Below are positions 1-9,282 of a stretch of 62,094 nt of DNA, piece after piece (position 1 is the first letter of the stretch; every line of letters starts with the position of its first letter). Made by a program: the position numbers and the translations under genes. Origin of the DNA: a virus (Duplodnaviria; Caudoviricetes); the IMG/VR virus record IMGVR_UViG_3300042141_000119, positions 1 to 62,094 of that record. One strand, given 5' to 3'. Under the pieces are notes generated by a model. The model saw only the letters and a list, made by a program, of their open reading frames with translations. It had not been told where the DNA came from and did no database searches.

Positions 1-127
1 GTGCGGTATCGCTCTGCCTACAAGAACTACGTCAATCGGCTAACGCCACACACCCTGTCGGCCAGAGGGCGGCTCGGAACAAGCTGGTGTTACAGGGTGG
101 ACACGGCGGGCTGGCACGGCACTGGCG
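1..127 (+). repeat. Terminal direct repeat, left copy (circular assembly overlap)
   Basis: 1-127 is identical to 61968-62094; 127 matches a common assembler k-mer size. Confidence 0.95.
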
Positions 128-636
128 ACTGGCTCGACCGCGTCGGACCGGCGGATGGCTCACGCCTATACCCGGAGTGCGTAACGCCATCCCCTGACGA
201 GTGGCTGGGCGAGCGGCCGGAAATGGGCACGGAGTTTGAGAGGCGAAGCCGAGCGTTCTGGCATCACCTGCGTCGCGAGATAGACGGCTCGCTGCCGTGC
301 AGCGTGCAGCTTCTGAACCAGTCGCAGGCCGCGAGCGGCTGGAGCCGACCCTCTCGATCATGCGGGCCGTCGCTGTGCCTGCATGTATGCACGCCTCCCG
401 TCGGCACTCGTGCGGGCCGCAGGCTTCTCGTGTGTACAAGCCCACACGCGAAGGAGTCGCGAACTTTCTTCCACGTTGACGGTGACTACGGGCTCAAGTA
501 CTCGCAGTTCGCGGCCCTAGAAATTGGCTCCGACAATTACTCCGCTTCTCCACTCCGCTGGCCGCGAGCCAAAGATGCCATTGCTGGCATCCGCGAGTGG
601 CTTCTCTCGACTGTCTACATTCCAGGCCCCATGTAA
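1..636 (+). CDS. 3' part of a hypothetical protein spanning the circular join (starts at 61695, ~302 aa total)
   Basis: ATG at 61695 reads without a stop into GTG at 61968 (= position 1) and on to TAA at 636. Confidence 0.8.
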   Translation: MRYRSAYKNYVNRLTPHTLSARGRLGTSWCYRVDTAGWHGTGDWLDRVGPADGSRLYPECVTPSPDEWLGERPEMGTEFERRSRAFWHHLRREIDGSLPCSVQLLNQSQAASGWSRPSRSCGPSLCLHVCTPPVGTRAGRRLLVCTSPHAKESRTFFHVDGDYGLKYSQFAALEIGSDNYSASPLRWPRAKDAIAGIREWLLSTVYIPGPM

Positions 637-648
637 GGAGCTTCCATC

Positions 649-828
649 ATGTTTACTTGGCTCATTCGCATTGCAGTCTTTTGCTTCATGGCGTGGACGA
701 TGTCGATTCCGGGTACGGAGTGCTACATCGCACCGCTGCACTGGTCTATTCTTCTGTTCCTGTACTGGTTCGCCACGCACCCCATGCATGAACCGTTCTA
801 CTTCACCCGCACCGACCGAAGGAGGTGA
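649..828 (+). CDS. Small hydrophobic/membrane protein (59 aa, MFTWLIRIAVF...)
   Basis: AAGGAG RBS overlapping the upstream stop; manual translation; fills the gap. Confidence 0.55.
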   Translation: MFTWLIRIAVFCFMAWTMSIPGTECYIAPLHWSILLFLYWFATHPMHEPFYFTRTDRRR

Positions 829-832
829 CCCC

Positions 833-1573
833 ATGCCTGTTGTCTATTGCTATGGACGGGCCAGCACCAGCAGCCAGACGCTCACGGAGTCTCACCAGCG
901 GGCCGTGTGCGAGGAGCACGTCACTCGCTCGCTTATCCCCAGCGGCTACGCCTACGGCGGCTGGCTCTACGATTCCGCCACGAGCGGCAGCAAGCCGATG
1001 TTCGAGCGGGACGAGGGCCGCAAGCTCTGGGCTCTCGTGCAGCCGGGAGACAAGATCGTCTGGGCCAAGCTGGACCGGGCGTTCCGCTCTGTGCTGGACG
1101 CCTCGCAGACGATGCTGCTGCTCTCCAGAAAGGACGTTTCCTTCAACTCGCTGGACTTAGGGCTGGACACCAGCACGCCCATCGGCCGCTGCGTGTTCAC
1201 GATCCTCACGGCGTTCGCGGAGCTAGAGCTTGAGTTCATACGCCAGCGCACTCGTGACGGCCTGCGTGCCAAGAGCAAGAGCGGGAAGCCGACGGGGCGG
1301 CACGCACCAATCGGCTGGCGCAAGGTGGGTGCCAAGAAGGACAGCTACTACCTGCCAGACGCGAGCGAGCGTGAGCAGGTGGAGAGAATGGTCGCCATGC
1401 GGAAGGCCGGTGCCTCTCTGGAGCGGCTCACGCTCAACATGACTGGCGTGCGGAGAACGAACGGCAAGCGGTGGAACATCAACTCCATCTCGCGGGCACT
1501 CATAGCTGCTGAACGTCGCTATCCAAAATCGTTCTCAAGACCGACAAGGCGACGTCGAGCCGCCGCCGTATAG
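833..1573 (+). CDS. Serine recombinase (resolvase/invertase family) with C-terminal DNA-binding region
   Basis: YGRAST catalytic Ser motif, KLDRAFRS, DTSTPIGR...FAELE...RTRDGL; AAGGAGGT RBS before ATG 833. Confidence 0.9.
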   Translation: MPVVYCYGRASTSSQTLTESHQRAVCEEHVTRSLIPSGYAYGGWLYDSATSGSKPMFERDEGRKLWALVQPGDKIVWAKLDRAFRSVLDASQTMLLLSRKDVSFNSLDLGLDTSTPIGRCVFTILTAFAELELEFIRQRTRDGLRAKSKSGKPTGRHAPIGWRKVGAKKDSYYLPDASEREQVERMVAMRKAGASLERLTLNMTGVRRTNGKRWNINSISRALIAAERRYPKSFSRPTRRRRAAAV

Positions 1574-2018
1574 TCCGCTGGTCGCAGCCGACTTGCTCCC
1601 CGATTTCGCGGAGAGACTGGCCCTTGTAGAACCGAAGCTGGATCAGTCTCCGCGACTTCGGGGGCAGTCGCGCTATGGCGGCGTGCAGCCTGCCAGACGC
1701 ATGGCTTTTGGAGGCGGCTAGATGCTCTGCCAACTCCATCGGAATCCTGTCTGGCGAACTGTACCGAAGCCCCCGATTGCGGTCGATTTCCCGCAGCAGG
1801 GCGTTGCGGACGGCGACAGAAAAGTAGGTGGTAATCTTCGACTTTTCTGCGTTGTACGTCCTGGCGGCACGGCAAAGCGCCAAGTACGCCACGCTCGTGG
1901 AGTCTATGGCGTCAAGCTGCTTTCGTAGGGTCGGGTAGCGAAGGCGAAAGGCGGCTATCGCCTTCGGGACGACGGCCACCGCCTGCTGTACCACCAACTG
2001 TTGTTCATCGGTCAGCAT
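1500..2018 (-). CDS. RNA polymerase sigma-70/ECF-like factor
   Basis: Region-2-like LCRAARTYN..SKITTY..VRNAL; region-4 HTH LPPKSRRLIQLRFYKGQSLREIGEQVG. Confidence 0.8.
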   Translation of the reverse strand: MLTDEQQLVVQQAVAVVPKAIAAFRLRYPTLRKQLDAIDSTSVAYLALCRAARTYNAEKSKITTYFSVAVRNALLREIDRNRGLRYSSPDRIPMELAEHLAASKSHASGRLHAAIARLPPKSRRLIQLRFYKGQSLREIGEQVGCDQRTIRRRLDVALSVLRTILDSDVQQL

Positions 2019-2046
2019 CCACTAATGCGACCACGACGAACTCGAT

Positions 2047-2346
2047 CTAGGAAGCCTCGACCCACAGACCTGTCGCGGGATCAAGCACCGCGTCTGCGCT
2101 TGGCTTCGGCGGAACAAAGCCGTCTATCTCCTGCAAGTACAGCCATCCAGCGCCAGCGTAGTTGAGGCGGAAAGGAGTGCCGCCATTGCGATGCTGTCCG
2201 CCCTGCGTGTGATAGCTGGTGCGAAGGCAGCGAAGCCCGCGTCTATCGCCGTAGTATTTCTCCCAATCGACGCCTTCGCCTTCGTCGCGTCCGACCACAA
2301 CCTCTACAACGACATTGCTGTCATCGACAAACGCATAGTGCGCCAT
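2047..2346 (-). CDS. Hypothetical tail-associated protein (MAHYAFVDDSNVV...)
   Basis: ATG 2346 follows the stop of the Gly-rich gene; typical partner of Gly-rich phage proteins. Confidence 0.6.
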   Translation of the reverse strand: MAHYAFVDDSNVVVEVVVGRDEGEGVDWEKYYGDRRGLRCLRTSYHTQGGQHRNGGTPFRLNYAGAGWLYLQEIDGFVPPKPSADAVLDPATGLWVEAS

Positions 2347-2348
2347 GA

Positions 2349-3221
2349 CTAGCTCCACGATACCGTGTCGGCCGTGCCACCAGTGATCTCGACAATCGTG
2401 TGAACGCCGTCGGTTGCCGTTGTGCTGGCGAGCCCGGCCCCAATGGTGATCCGCAGCGCACTGTTGAAACGCAGGACGCAAATGCCGCTGCCTCCTGCGC
2501 CTGCCGCGCCAGCCGATGTCGCCCCACCCCCACCACCGCCACCGCGATTGGCAGTCCCGCTGCCGCCAGCAGCACCGGCGTTCGTTGCGCCCGCCCCGCC
2601 GCCACCGCTCGACGGCGCTGCGCCTGGAGTCGTGGCGGTTCCGCCGCCGCCGGAGCCACCAGAGGCAAAGGTAGTGGCCGCTGCCGGAACGCTCGACGAC
2701 TTCCCGGCACCGCCGACGCCCGACTGAAAATTAGGCGAAGTCCCGGACCCGTTTCCGCCGACAGCCCCCGCCCCGCCACCGCCGCCAGCGTGGTTGCCAG
2801 AACTCCCAGCTCCACCGTTAGACCCCTGCAAGCCGCCAAGCATGGCCGTAGCGCCGGGAAACGACGCAACACCTGCGTGCGAGCCGCCGCCGCTTGCGCC
2901 AGTATGAGCGGCCGAACCGTTGGTGCCACCAGCACCGCCGACTGCGACAAACTGGCCCAACCGCGTTGCCCCGCCAAGTGACCCCTGACCAGACGTACCG
3001 GCAGCGCCGCCCGCTCCAATGCTAACCGTGTAGGCCGTGCCTAGAGTCACCGTGACCGTAGTCTCAACGAAGCCGCCAGCACCGCCACCTCCAGCAGGGC
3101 GCGTGCCAGCACCGCCACCCCCACCGCCGCCGCCAACCAGAAGCACTTGGACTGTGCGGCTGATTGGCTCGCGAAGGTCCGAGCGGCTCGCCAGCGAAGA
3201 CGATGCGAGGCGAACGCTCAC
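2349..3221 (-). CDS. Glycine-rich phage tail-associated protein
   Basis: VLLVGGGGGG...GGGGAGG...ANRGGGGGG...GGSGICVLRF pattern; GTG start at 3221 inferred. Confidence 0.7.
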   Translation of the reverse strand: MSVRLASSSLASRSDLREPISRTVQVLLVGGGGGGGGAGTRPAGGGGAGGFVETTVTVTLGTAYTVSIGAGGAAGTSGQGSLGGATRLGQFVAVGGAGGTNGSAAHTGASGGGSHAGVASFPGATAMLGGLQGSNGGAGSSGNHAGGGGGAGAVGGNGSGTSPNFQSGVGGAGKSSSVPAAATTFASGGSGGGGTATTPGAAPSSGGGGAGATNAGAAGGSGTANRGGGGGGGATSAGAAGAGGSGICVLRFNSALRITIGAGLASTTATDGVHTIVEITGGTADTVSWS

Positions 3222-3222
3222 G

Positions 3223-3552
3223 TTAGGTGATCTCCACGCCGAACAGAGAAAACGCGAGGCTCGCATTACCGGCGTACACGGTCACAACATCCGTTGCCGC
3301 GAGGGCAATCCCCAGAACTAGGCACACCGAGTCGTTGCCCGGTATTGAGGAGTCGTAGGCGAGGTACATGGCGTTCGTCTGTGACGCCCCCGCTGGCCTG
3401 ACGCTGACGCGATAGGTGGTAGCCGCAGAGCCAATGTTGCACACCACCAGCGAGCTACCCACAGCCTGCGTTGCGGACGGCACCGTATACAGCGTCGTGG
3501 CTGTTGTGGCAGACGGGTTCGACTGACCTAATGTCTTGTGAGATTGCGGCAT
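3223..3552 (-). CDS. Small beta-rich virion protein
   Basis: TTLYTVPSATQAVGSSLVVCN...SLFGVEIT; in tail-fibre cluster. Confidence 0.6.
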   Translation of the reverse strand: MPQSHKTLGQSNPSATTATTLYTVPSATQAVGSSLVVCNIGSAATTYRVSVRPAGASQTNAMYLAYDSSIPGNDSVCLVLGIALAATDVVTVYAGNASLAFSLFGVEIT

Positions 3553-3555
3553 ACG

Positions 3556-4749
3556 TCAGCCTCCCATTAGCAAGAACGGATGGAGCGGGACAAATGCAAG
3601 CCTGTCGTTACTAAGAGTCCCGGATGTCAGGAGCGATGCGTCAGTTGTCGATCCGCCGCCACCGCCGCCTGAGACGGTCGCCGCCACCCACGCCGACCCG
3701 TTCCACTGCGGCACCTGCCCGGTCGTTGCGCTGGACTGCGTCAGGCTGGAGAGCGAGTGCGTGTGCGTCGCGTCGGCCTTGCCATCGAGCGATGTCTGTA
3801 GGCCAGCTACGTCGCTGATGGAGTGGCTGTGGCTGGACGCCGCCTTCCCGTCCAGAGCCGTCTGCAAGCCAGTCACAGTGCTAATTGCCTGCGAGCCTGT
3901 ATGCGTGGCCCTGTCTCGCAGGGCAGCGTCTGTGGAGTTCGCCGTCGCTCCACTGGCGATCCCGTCCAATTTCGTTTTTGCCGACGACGCAGCCCACCAT
4001 GCCGCAATAGCCTGAAACACCCTCTCGGCAGTGAACGCGCGTCGCGTGGTGGCCGTTCCTGCCTCTGCCTCAGCTTGAGTGATTGTTGACGCCGTCCACT
4101 CGCGGGAGTTGGACAGTCGCGTGTCGTTGCCAATGCACGCCGTTGTTGATGACGAACCGTAGGCAACCGTCAGGCGGCCAGCCGCAAACAGCGTGAACCC
4201 ATCGCCAGACTGAATCTTGACCCCCCCTAGAGTGTCCGCTCCGGCAACCGGAAGGGTGTACTCGCCAGGAATCGTCGGCTTGTCATCGAGGTCGTCGTAG
4301 CTATTGCTCGTGGAAACAGCCGACAGGCCCGTGACCTGCGAGGCCGACAGTGTTAGCGGGTCCGAGCCATCCGCCGCATGGCTTGCGGCGTGCGGCGACG
4401 GCGTGAAGCTCGAAGGCTTCGACGTAATGTCGATCCACGCTACAGACCCACCGCCGCCGCCACCACCACCGCCGGTTGCGCTATCGACGGCAGCGAGGTA
4501 CGTCTCGTAGTCGATCTCCTCCATCGCATCCATAGCAAGCAGCGGTTCGATTGCCGCTGCCACTGTGGAGTAGCCCGGAAGAGACAGATCAACCGCCAGA
4601 AGAACCCGCCGAAATGCGTCTCTCGGAGCCTGCAACGGCGTCTGGAACACAGACTTCCCGAGCGCATTCGGGTAGGCCAGCTTGGCGTCGAGGCTTTGCC
4701 GCAACGACTCGTAGGTTGACTCAGCCGTCAGGAAATATCGCTGGCTCAC
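3556..4749 (-). CDS. Tail fibre protein
   Basis: HTG..AISTVTGLQTALDGKA and HSHSISDVAGLQTSLDGKA fibre repeats, KLDGIA; GTG start overlaps upstream TGA. Confidence 0.75.
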   Translation of the reverse strand: MSQRYFLTAESTYESLRQSLDAKLAYPNALGKSVFQTPLQAPRDAFRRVLLAVDLSLPGYSTVAAAIEPLLAMDAMEEIDYETYLAAVDSATGGGGGGGGGSVAWIDITSKPSSFTPSPHAASHAADGSDPLTLSASQVTGLSAVSTSNSYDDLDDKPTIPGEYTLPVAGADTLGGVKIQSGDGFTLFAAGRLTVAYGSSSTTACIGNDTRLSNSREWTASTITQAEAEAGTATTRRAFTAERVFQAIAAWWAASSAKTKLDGIASGATANSTDAALRDRATHTGSQAISTVTGLQTALDGKAASSHSHSISDVAGLQTSLDGKADATHTHSLSSLTQSSATTGQVPQWNGSAWVAATVSGGGGGGSTTDASLLTSGTLSNDRLAFVPLHPFLLMGG

Positions 4750-5291
4750 AGCCACTTCCTCGTCAGGTAGCGGGTTATGGCGGCCGCAGAGCCGCTCGAA
4801 AGGCTGGCGCTGTACACAATGACCTCTCCCACCAAGCCCTTGTAGAACGCCTTGAGGGCCCCGCCAGACCATCCAGCGCCAACACGGCCGTCGGCTCCGT
4901 AAATGGCCGCCGCCGACGACGGAGAGCCGCTTCCCGACAGGACGGCCGCAGAGCCGCCGGACGTCAGGGAGAACGACTCAGTTGCGGTGGACGGCAGATA
5001 GAGAACTGTGCCGCCAGACGCGGACGGAGAGCAAACGACAAAGGCGTGCCAGGACGAGATGGTGAATGGCGAAATCGCGAGGCTGTCGTTGATGCCGTCG
5101 AACGACAGGGCCGGGCGGCCGTTCAGAGAGTTTGCCACCAAGACCGGCTGGTTGTTCGTGGCCTTCTGCGATGCGTCCCTGCCGTTGCCAGACTTGTCTG
5201 TGGCAAGGCCGACTGATGGCGCATCTGCGGCGTCAAGCCACAGAGCAATGGGCCCAAGCGAGCGCGGGTCGAGCGAGGTTCGCAGAATCAC
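4746..5291 (-). CDS. LamG/ConA-like tail protein
   Basis: LWLDAAD, DKSGNGRDA, NGRPALSFDG, GEVIVY, YL..KW motifs. Confidence 0.6.
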   Translation of the reverse strand: MILRTSLDPRSLGPIALWLDAADAPSVGLATDKSGNGRDASQKATNNQPVLVANSLNGRPALSFDGINDSLAISPFTISSWHAFVVCSPSASGGTVLYLPSTATESFSLTSGGSAAVLSGSGSPSSAAAIYGADGRVGAGWSGGALKAFYKGLVGEVIVYSASLSSGSAAAITRYLTRKWL

Positions 5292-6112
5292 AGAACCCTC
5301 CAGCGCGACGAGCCGGAGTGGTAAACGAGCGTTGCGGACCCGCCGTCAGCGTACAGGATCACGTTTCCGCCATAGGAGGACCGGAACCTGTTTGCGGCCG
5401 TGCTTGCGGAGGACTCGTGCGTCAGTGTGATGGCGGCACCGCCAGAGGAATTGACGTTGACGACAGTCACGGCGAATCCGTTCTGCACGCCAGAGGACAC
5501 AAGCCCCGTGATGCTTACGGCAGCAGAAGACGACACGAAATAGACATCGCCCACGCCCGGCGCCCAGTCGTCCTGGCTGGCGGAAAGCGACGGGGTTCGC
5601 ACCACTGGGGCAACAAAGTCGGAGCCAGTGCATCTGTGGGACGCTGCGTGCGACACGGCCGCTCGAGCATCCGACAGGCGAGAGTCGCTGCCGAGAACAA
5701 CCTGCGTGGATGACGCATCGCCGGAGGCAGCTACGTCCCGCGAGGCCGCCGTGCCAGCGTCTGTGACGCTCGCCAGAAGGTGGCTGTGAGACGCTGCCGC
5801 TGCGCCAATGGACGACGGCGTGATCGGGTCCGATCCTGCCGAACCGTGCGTGGAGGCGTGAGAGGTCGGCGTGCGGCTATCCGTCAATCGGCTGTCGGTC
5901 GATGCCACCGCACCAATAGCCGCCGGAGTAATCGGGTCGGACCCGGCCGAACCGTGCGTGGAGGCGTGGCTGGCGGGCGGTCCGCCGCCAAGAGCAGCGA
6001 TGGCCCCGAGCGTGACCTTCGACGTTACCGAGCCGTCTGCGCTGTCGGATGGGACAACGGCGCTTGCTGTGGCGGCGGCAGAAGGAAGGGCTGAGATTGT
6101 CGTGTCTGGCAT
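5288..6112 (-). CDS. Tail fibre-like protein
   Basis: Repeated HASTHGSAGSDPITP and DSRL.D.R motifs; ATG 6112. Confidence 0.65.
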   Translation of the reverse strand: MPDTTISALPSAAATASAVVPSDSADGSVTSKVTLGAIAALGGGPPASHASTHGSAGSDPITPAAIGAVASTDSRLTDSRTPTSHASTHGSAGSDPITPSSIGAAAASHSHLLASVTDAGTAASRDVAASGDASSTQVVLGSDSRLSDARAAVSHAASHRCTGSDFVAPVVRTPSLSASQDDWAPGVGDVYFVSSSAAVSITGLVSSGVQNGFAVTVVNVNSSGGAAITLTHESSASTAANRFRSSYGGNVILYADGGSATLVYHSGSSRWRVL

Positions 6113-6246
6113 TAGTATCTCGCAGTAATAGATTGGCCCGCCTGCGACAGCAGTGCGCTGCCGGAGGCTGTCTTCACAGAATACGTCACCCGCACCGGCG
6201 GCGGCGACACTTTCACTGGCCTCAGATTGGCTGCGCTTCTCGGCAT
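6112..6246 (-). CDS. Small hypothetical protein (44 aa, MPRSAANLRP...)
   Basis: Manual translation; TAATG coupling to the next gene. Confidence 0.5.
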   Translation of the reverse strand: MPRSAANLRPVKVSPPPVRVTYSVKTASGSALLSQAGQSITARY

Positions 6247-6254
6247 GACAACGC

Positions 6255-6533
6255 TCAGTTCTTTTGATTTTCGTCTGCGGCAGGGACGCTCGCCGTCGCA
6301 GCACGGCCATCGCCGTCACGCATCGCGTACAGCAGCCGCGTCTGCTCCTGTATGGCGCGCGAGATGTCGTGCTGGGTAGACGCCATCTCCTTGAGGAATG
6401 ACCGATGGGCGTCCACCATAGGGATCACAAGGTCCGTTCGGACGAACCACAGGATTGCCGTTGCGAGAACCAGCCCGAAGCCGTACCGCTCCAGCATCCG
6501 CAACGCCGTCTCGTACACGTCCACGCTGCTCAC
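6255..6533 (-). CDS. Single-TM membrane protein, holin candidate
   Basis: RYGFGLVLATAILWFV hydrophobic segment followed by coiled-coil-like region. Confidence 0.45.
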   Translation of the reverse strand: MSSVDVYETALRMLERYGFGLVLATAILWFVRTDLVIPMVDAHRSFLKEMASTQHDISRAIQEQTRLLYAMRDGDGRAATASVPAADENQKN

Positions 6534-6901
6534 CTCTGCGCTCCGCTTCCACGATTCCATGCTGCCATCTTTACCCTGTTTGCGGGCCGCGAGAGCCACC
6601 ACTGCAAGACAAGCTGGCAGATCGCAGACACCGCAGACATCAACACGAATGACCAGAAGAACCCGTACCGCTTTTCCGATCCGCGAACCGACTCGTAGAC
6701 ACGCGACACGCTCGCGGCCACATCGTCAACGGCCCGTTCTTCTTCTGCCGAGCCCCTTCCGCAGGCCAGAAGCCGCTCGACGGGCCACTCCTGCACCGCA
6801 ATCAGCGTCATGTCGTCAATGCGATCCTTCCCGACCAGGCGCACCCTCACCGGAAGCCTGCTGCGGACGTACTCGCACAGTTCTTTCGGGCCTTCGCTCA
6901 C
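6530..6901 (-). CDS. Membrane protein
   Basis: YGFFWSFVLMSAVSAICQLVLQWW hydrophobic segment; overlapping start/stop coupling. Confidence 0.5.
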   Translation of the reverse strand: MSEGPKELCEYVRSRLPVRVRLVGKDRIDDMTLIAVQEWPVERLLACGRGSAEEERAVDDVAASVSRVYESVRGSEKRYGFFWSFVLMSAVSAICQLVLQWWLSRPANRVKMAAWNRGSGAQR

Positions 6902-7176
6902 CACTTCACCTTGTTCGACCAGAATCGTGCAGAAAATATTGAAGGATCGGAGTCTTGGGCGTTGTGGCGCGCGTAGTAGCTGCGGCGGCGGGCCCTTTCG
7001 GCGTCCGTCTTTGGCGCACTGCCAGCGCCCTCCACGCCCTGCTGACCAAACCGTATCAGCCGCTCCTCGCCGCCACTGCACGCCTTGACAACGTGCGACT
7101 TGGTGTCGTGCGACGGCGTCTTTCTCGGGCTGTTGCACTCTAGCTCTGACTTGAGCGAGCGAATCCTATCGGACAT
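6898..7176 (-). CDS. Conserved small basic phage protein
   Basis: KSHVVKAC...IRFGQQG...RRSYYARH...SARFWS..KW; GGGAGG RBS. Confidence 0.65.
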   Translation of the reverse strand: MSDRIRSLKSELECNSPRKTPSHDTKSHVVKACSGGEERLIRFGQQGVEGAGSAPKTDAERARRRSYYARHNAQDSDPSIFSARFWSNKVKW

Positions 7177-7414
7177 GGCACCTCCCGTCGGCGCAGGTGC
7201 CACTAAGCGTCACCTTCGGTCGGTTCTTGGCGCACGGGCAGGAGGGCGGGCAACTGCACGGGTATCGGTGCAGCCTGTCGCCTGACCACACCATGCCGCT
7301 GCCACCACACTCCGCACAGCACTTGCTCGCGGGTTGCGGCGAGGGCTGCGGCGCAGACGGAGAGCCCGCAAACGCGAGCCACACGGCAACTACGGCAACA
7401 GAGATGCTCACCAT
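7166..7414 (-). CDS. Small secreted Cys-rich protein
   Basis: Hydrophobic N-terminus, CCAECGGSG...CSCPPSCPC. Confidence 0.5.
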   Translation of the reverse strand: MVSISVAVVAVWLAFAGSPSAPQPSPQPASKCCAECGGSGMVWSGDRLHRYPCSCPPSCPCAKNRPKVTLSGTCADGRCHVR

Positions 7415-8352
7415 AGCACCTCCTTCGCTCCCCAGTCTCTTAGCTCTCGCTTTGGAAAGCCGTTGACGTTTGAGACGGCATACGTTCCGCCAGCGTCGAT
7501 CATTCGCTGGGCCACCGACTGCGAAATCCAAAAGGAGCCGTCTGGCTGATCGTGAACTTTCGGGCCAGAAACCCACGAAAAACCCCATGAGTTTTGGACG
7601 CAAAACCGGCAGTCTCCCTTTCGCGTGTCGTCCGAAGCCGTCCACTGCATCGCATGGGCCCAAGAGCCCTTCGGGAACAGCATCCCCTCAGAGTTGCGTG
7701 CGGAGTTGAACCCAACACCCGAGCAGCACACGAGCCCATACCCGGAGGCGATGCAGTCCCTCGCCTGCTGCCATGTCGTGACGAGGGAAATCGTGCCGAT
7801 CCTGTGCTTTGCGGCTTCCGCCGTCACCTTTGCCGGGACTCCGCGCCCGCCCCAGTTGATGCCGATGCTCGCGTTGTACTTTGAGAGGTCTAGCCCAAGT
7901 TCGGCGTAGGGCTTTCGGAGCATCAAGCCTCCCGTCTTGTGCGCCCAGCCGACGATTTCGGAGCAGCTTGCGCCTTGCCCGCTGTGCCCTCGAGCGCCGT
8001 ACAGCGGCTCAGTGGCAGTCCGGTCCACCCAGTCCTCTGTGGTGTGGATGTCCGGGTCATTGGCCCTCGCTTGGTCGGCCGATCCGCGAACCGCCATCGA
8101 GACGCAGTCGCCTGTGGTCTGAACCTCGTCGTATGGCACCCGCCCGGCCGCTTTCTCAAACGCCACGACGGCCTTGAACGGCAGGCACAGCCTTCCTTCG
8201 CCCGCGCCCGACAGCGTGTCGCCGAAGAGCGGCATGGGGAGCGACGACAGCAGCCGCTCGGTTGCCTCTGGGTCGCAAAAAGCACCAACGAGCCCATGCT
8301 CGTAGGCTTCGACAATCTCAGAAGGTGAGGCGAACAGATCGCTCATCGCCAC
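7408..8352 (-). CDS. Papain-like (C1 family) cysteine protease
   Basis: Q..GDCVS (Gln/Cys), WAHAM (His), QNSWG (Asn), GSFWI. Confidence 0.75.
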   Translation of the reverse strand: MAMSDLFASPSEIVEAYEHGLVGAFCDPEATERLLSSLPMPLFGDTLSGAGEGRLCLPFKAVVAFEKAAGRVPYDEVQTTGDCVSMAVRGSADQARANDPDIHTTEDWVDRTATEPLYGARGHSGQGASCSEIVGWAHKTGGLMLRKPYAELGLDLSKYNASIGINWGGRGVPAKVTAEAAKHRIGTISLVTTWQQARDCIASGYGLVCCSGVGFNSARNSEGMLFPKGSWAHAMQWTASDDTRKGDCRFCVQNSWGFSWVSGPKVHDQPDGSFWISQSVAQRMIDAGGTYAVSNVNGFPKRELRDWGAKEVLW

Positions 8353-8354
8353 AC

Positions 8355-8771
8355 CTAACGCACGCTAGAGAACGCCTTCGCAGCAGCCTGACGCGACTCT
8401 GCGGTCAACTGCGAATCTGTCTTCCCAATCGCCTCAAGGAGGTAGGCGTCGAGCTTGTCGCCAAGACCGACGTACTTGCCAACCATTCCTGTGTGGGCGA
8501 ACGCCATTTGCAGGGCAGACTTGTACCGATCCCGCAGGCCGAAGGTCGTCTTGCACACCGGATCGGGAGACAGGCCGTCACGCACAACGATGTCCGCCAT
8601 CGCAGCGTGAAAGTCACGCAGCAGCTTGGCGTCCGCAGCGGTAACCCCAGCCAGGATTGCGGACGGCACTATGACCGGGACGGCCACAGGCTGGCGTACC
8701 GCACCGGCGACGCCAAGCATGGCGGCGGACAGGGCGACCAGAAGCCCGGCTGTGATGATGCCCACCCTCAT
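8355..8771 (-). CDS. Hypothetical protein with N-terminal signal/TM
   Basis: ORF track; hydrophobic N-terminus; gene coupling. Confidence 0.55.
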   Translation of the reverse strand: MRVGIITAGLLVALSAAMLGVAGAVRQPVAVPVIVPSAILAGVTAADAKLLRDFHAAMADIVVRDGLSPDPVCKTTFGLRDRYKSALQMAFAHTGMVGKYVGLGDKLDAYLLEAIGKTDSQLTAESRQAAAKAFSSVR

Positions 8772-9007
8772 CTGCCGCCCTTTCTCACGGGATTCACAAG
8801 GGCGTCCATGAGGGCCCTAGCGGCGGCGGCGACCGGCTGCTCGCCGGATGCCTCAGCGTCCGCCGCAAGCGCGAACAGTCGATTGACCCACCACGCCCTG
8901 CGAGACGGTGAAATGCCGGATGGCCGCGAGAACTTCGGCAGGTACGGGTACGCTGCGGCGACGCCGGAAGCCAGCAGCGCAACGGCGGCGACGATAGCGG
9001 CCGTCAT
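8768..9007 (-). CDS. Small membrane protein
   Basis: ORF track; ATGA overlaps on both sides. Confidence 0.55.
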   Translation of the reverse strand: MTAAIVAAVALLASGVAAAYPYLPKFSRPSGISPSRRAWWVNRLFALAADAEASGEQPVAAAARALMDALVNPVRKGGR

Positions 9008-9282
9008 TCTGGAACCTCCGTCAGGCTGACGGCAGTCGCCAGTTTCACGATGTAGTCCACCAACTCGCGACCGGCCTGCGACATCAGCACCGCTTGAATC
9101 CGCTCCAGCAGATCGTCGTCAATGTGCGTCCCGGTCTTGGAAGCGACGAACCGCATGAGTTTGAGCGCCGCGTCGATCCGCTCTTGAGCGGTTTGCGCGC
9201 CGGATATTTCGGACACAATCGACAACGCGGGTGCCCATTCCACCAGCTGCCGAATCTTGTCCCCTACCGTGACGACTGCCAT
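9004..9282 (-). CDS. Hypothetical protein
   Basis: ORF track; GGAG RBS; coupled to the next gene. Confidence 0.6.
   Translation of the reverse strand: MAVVTVGDKIRQLVEWAPALSIVSEISGAQTAQERIDAALKLMRFVASKTGTHIDDDLLERIQAVLMSQAGRELVDYIVKLATAVSLTEVPE

Noticed and set aside
1-127. Biological terminal repeat
   Set aside because: The 127-nt length equals a typical assembler k-mer and it falls mid-gene; most likely a circularisation overlap
833-1573. IS607-like transposon
   Set aside because: No N-terminal HTH and no adjacent tnpB
5820-5970. DNA direct repeat GCCGAACCGTGCGTGGAGGCGTG
   Set aside because: Explained by the HASTHGSAGSDPITP protein repeat in a tail fibre
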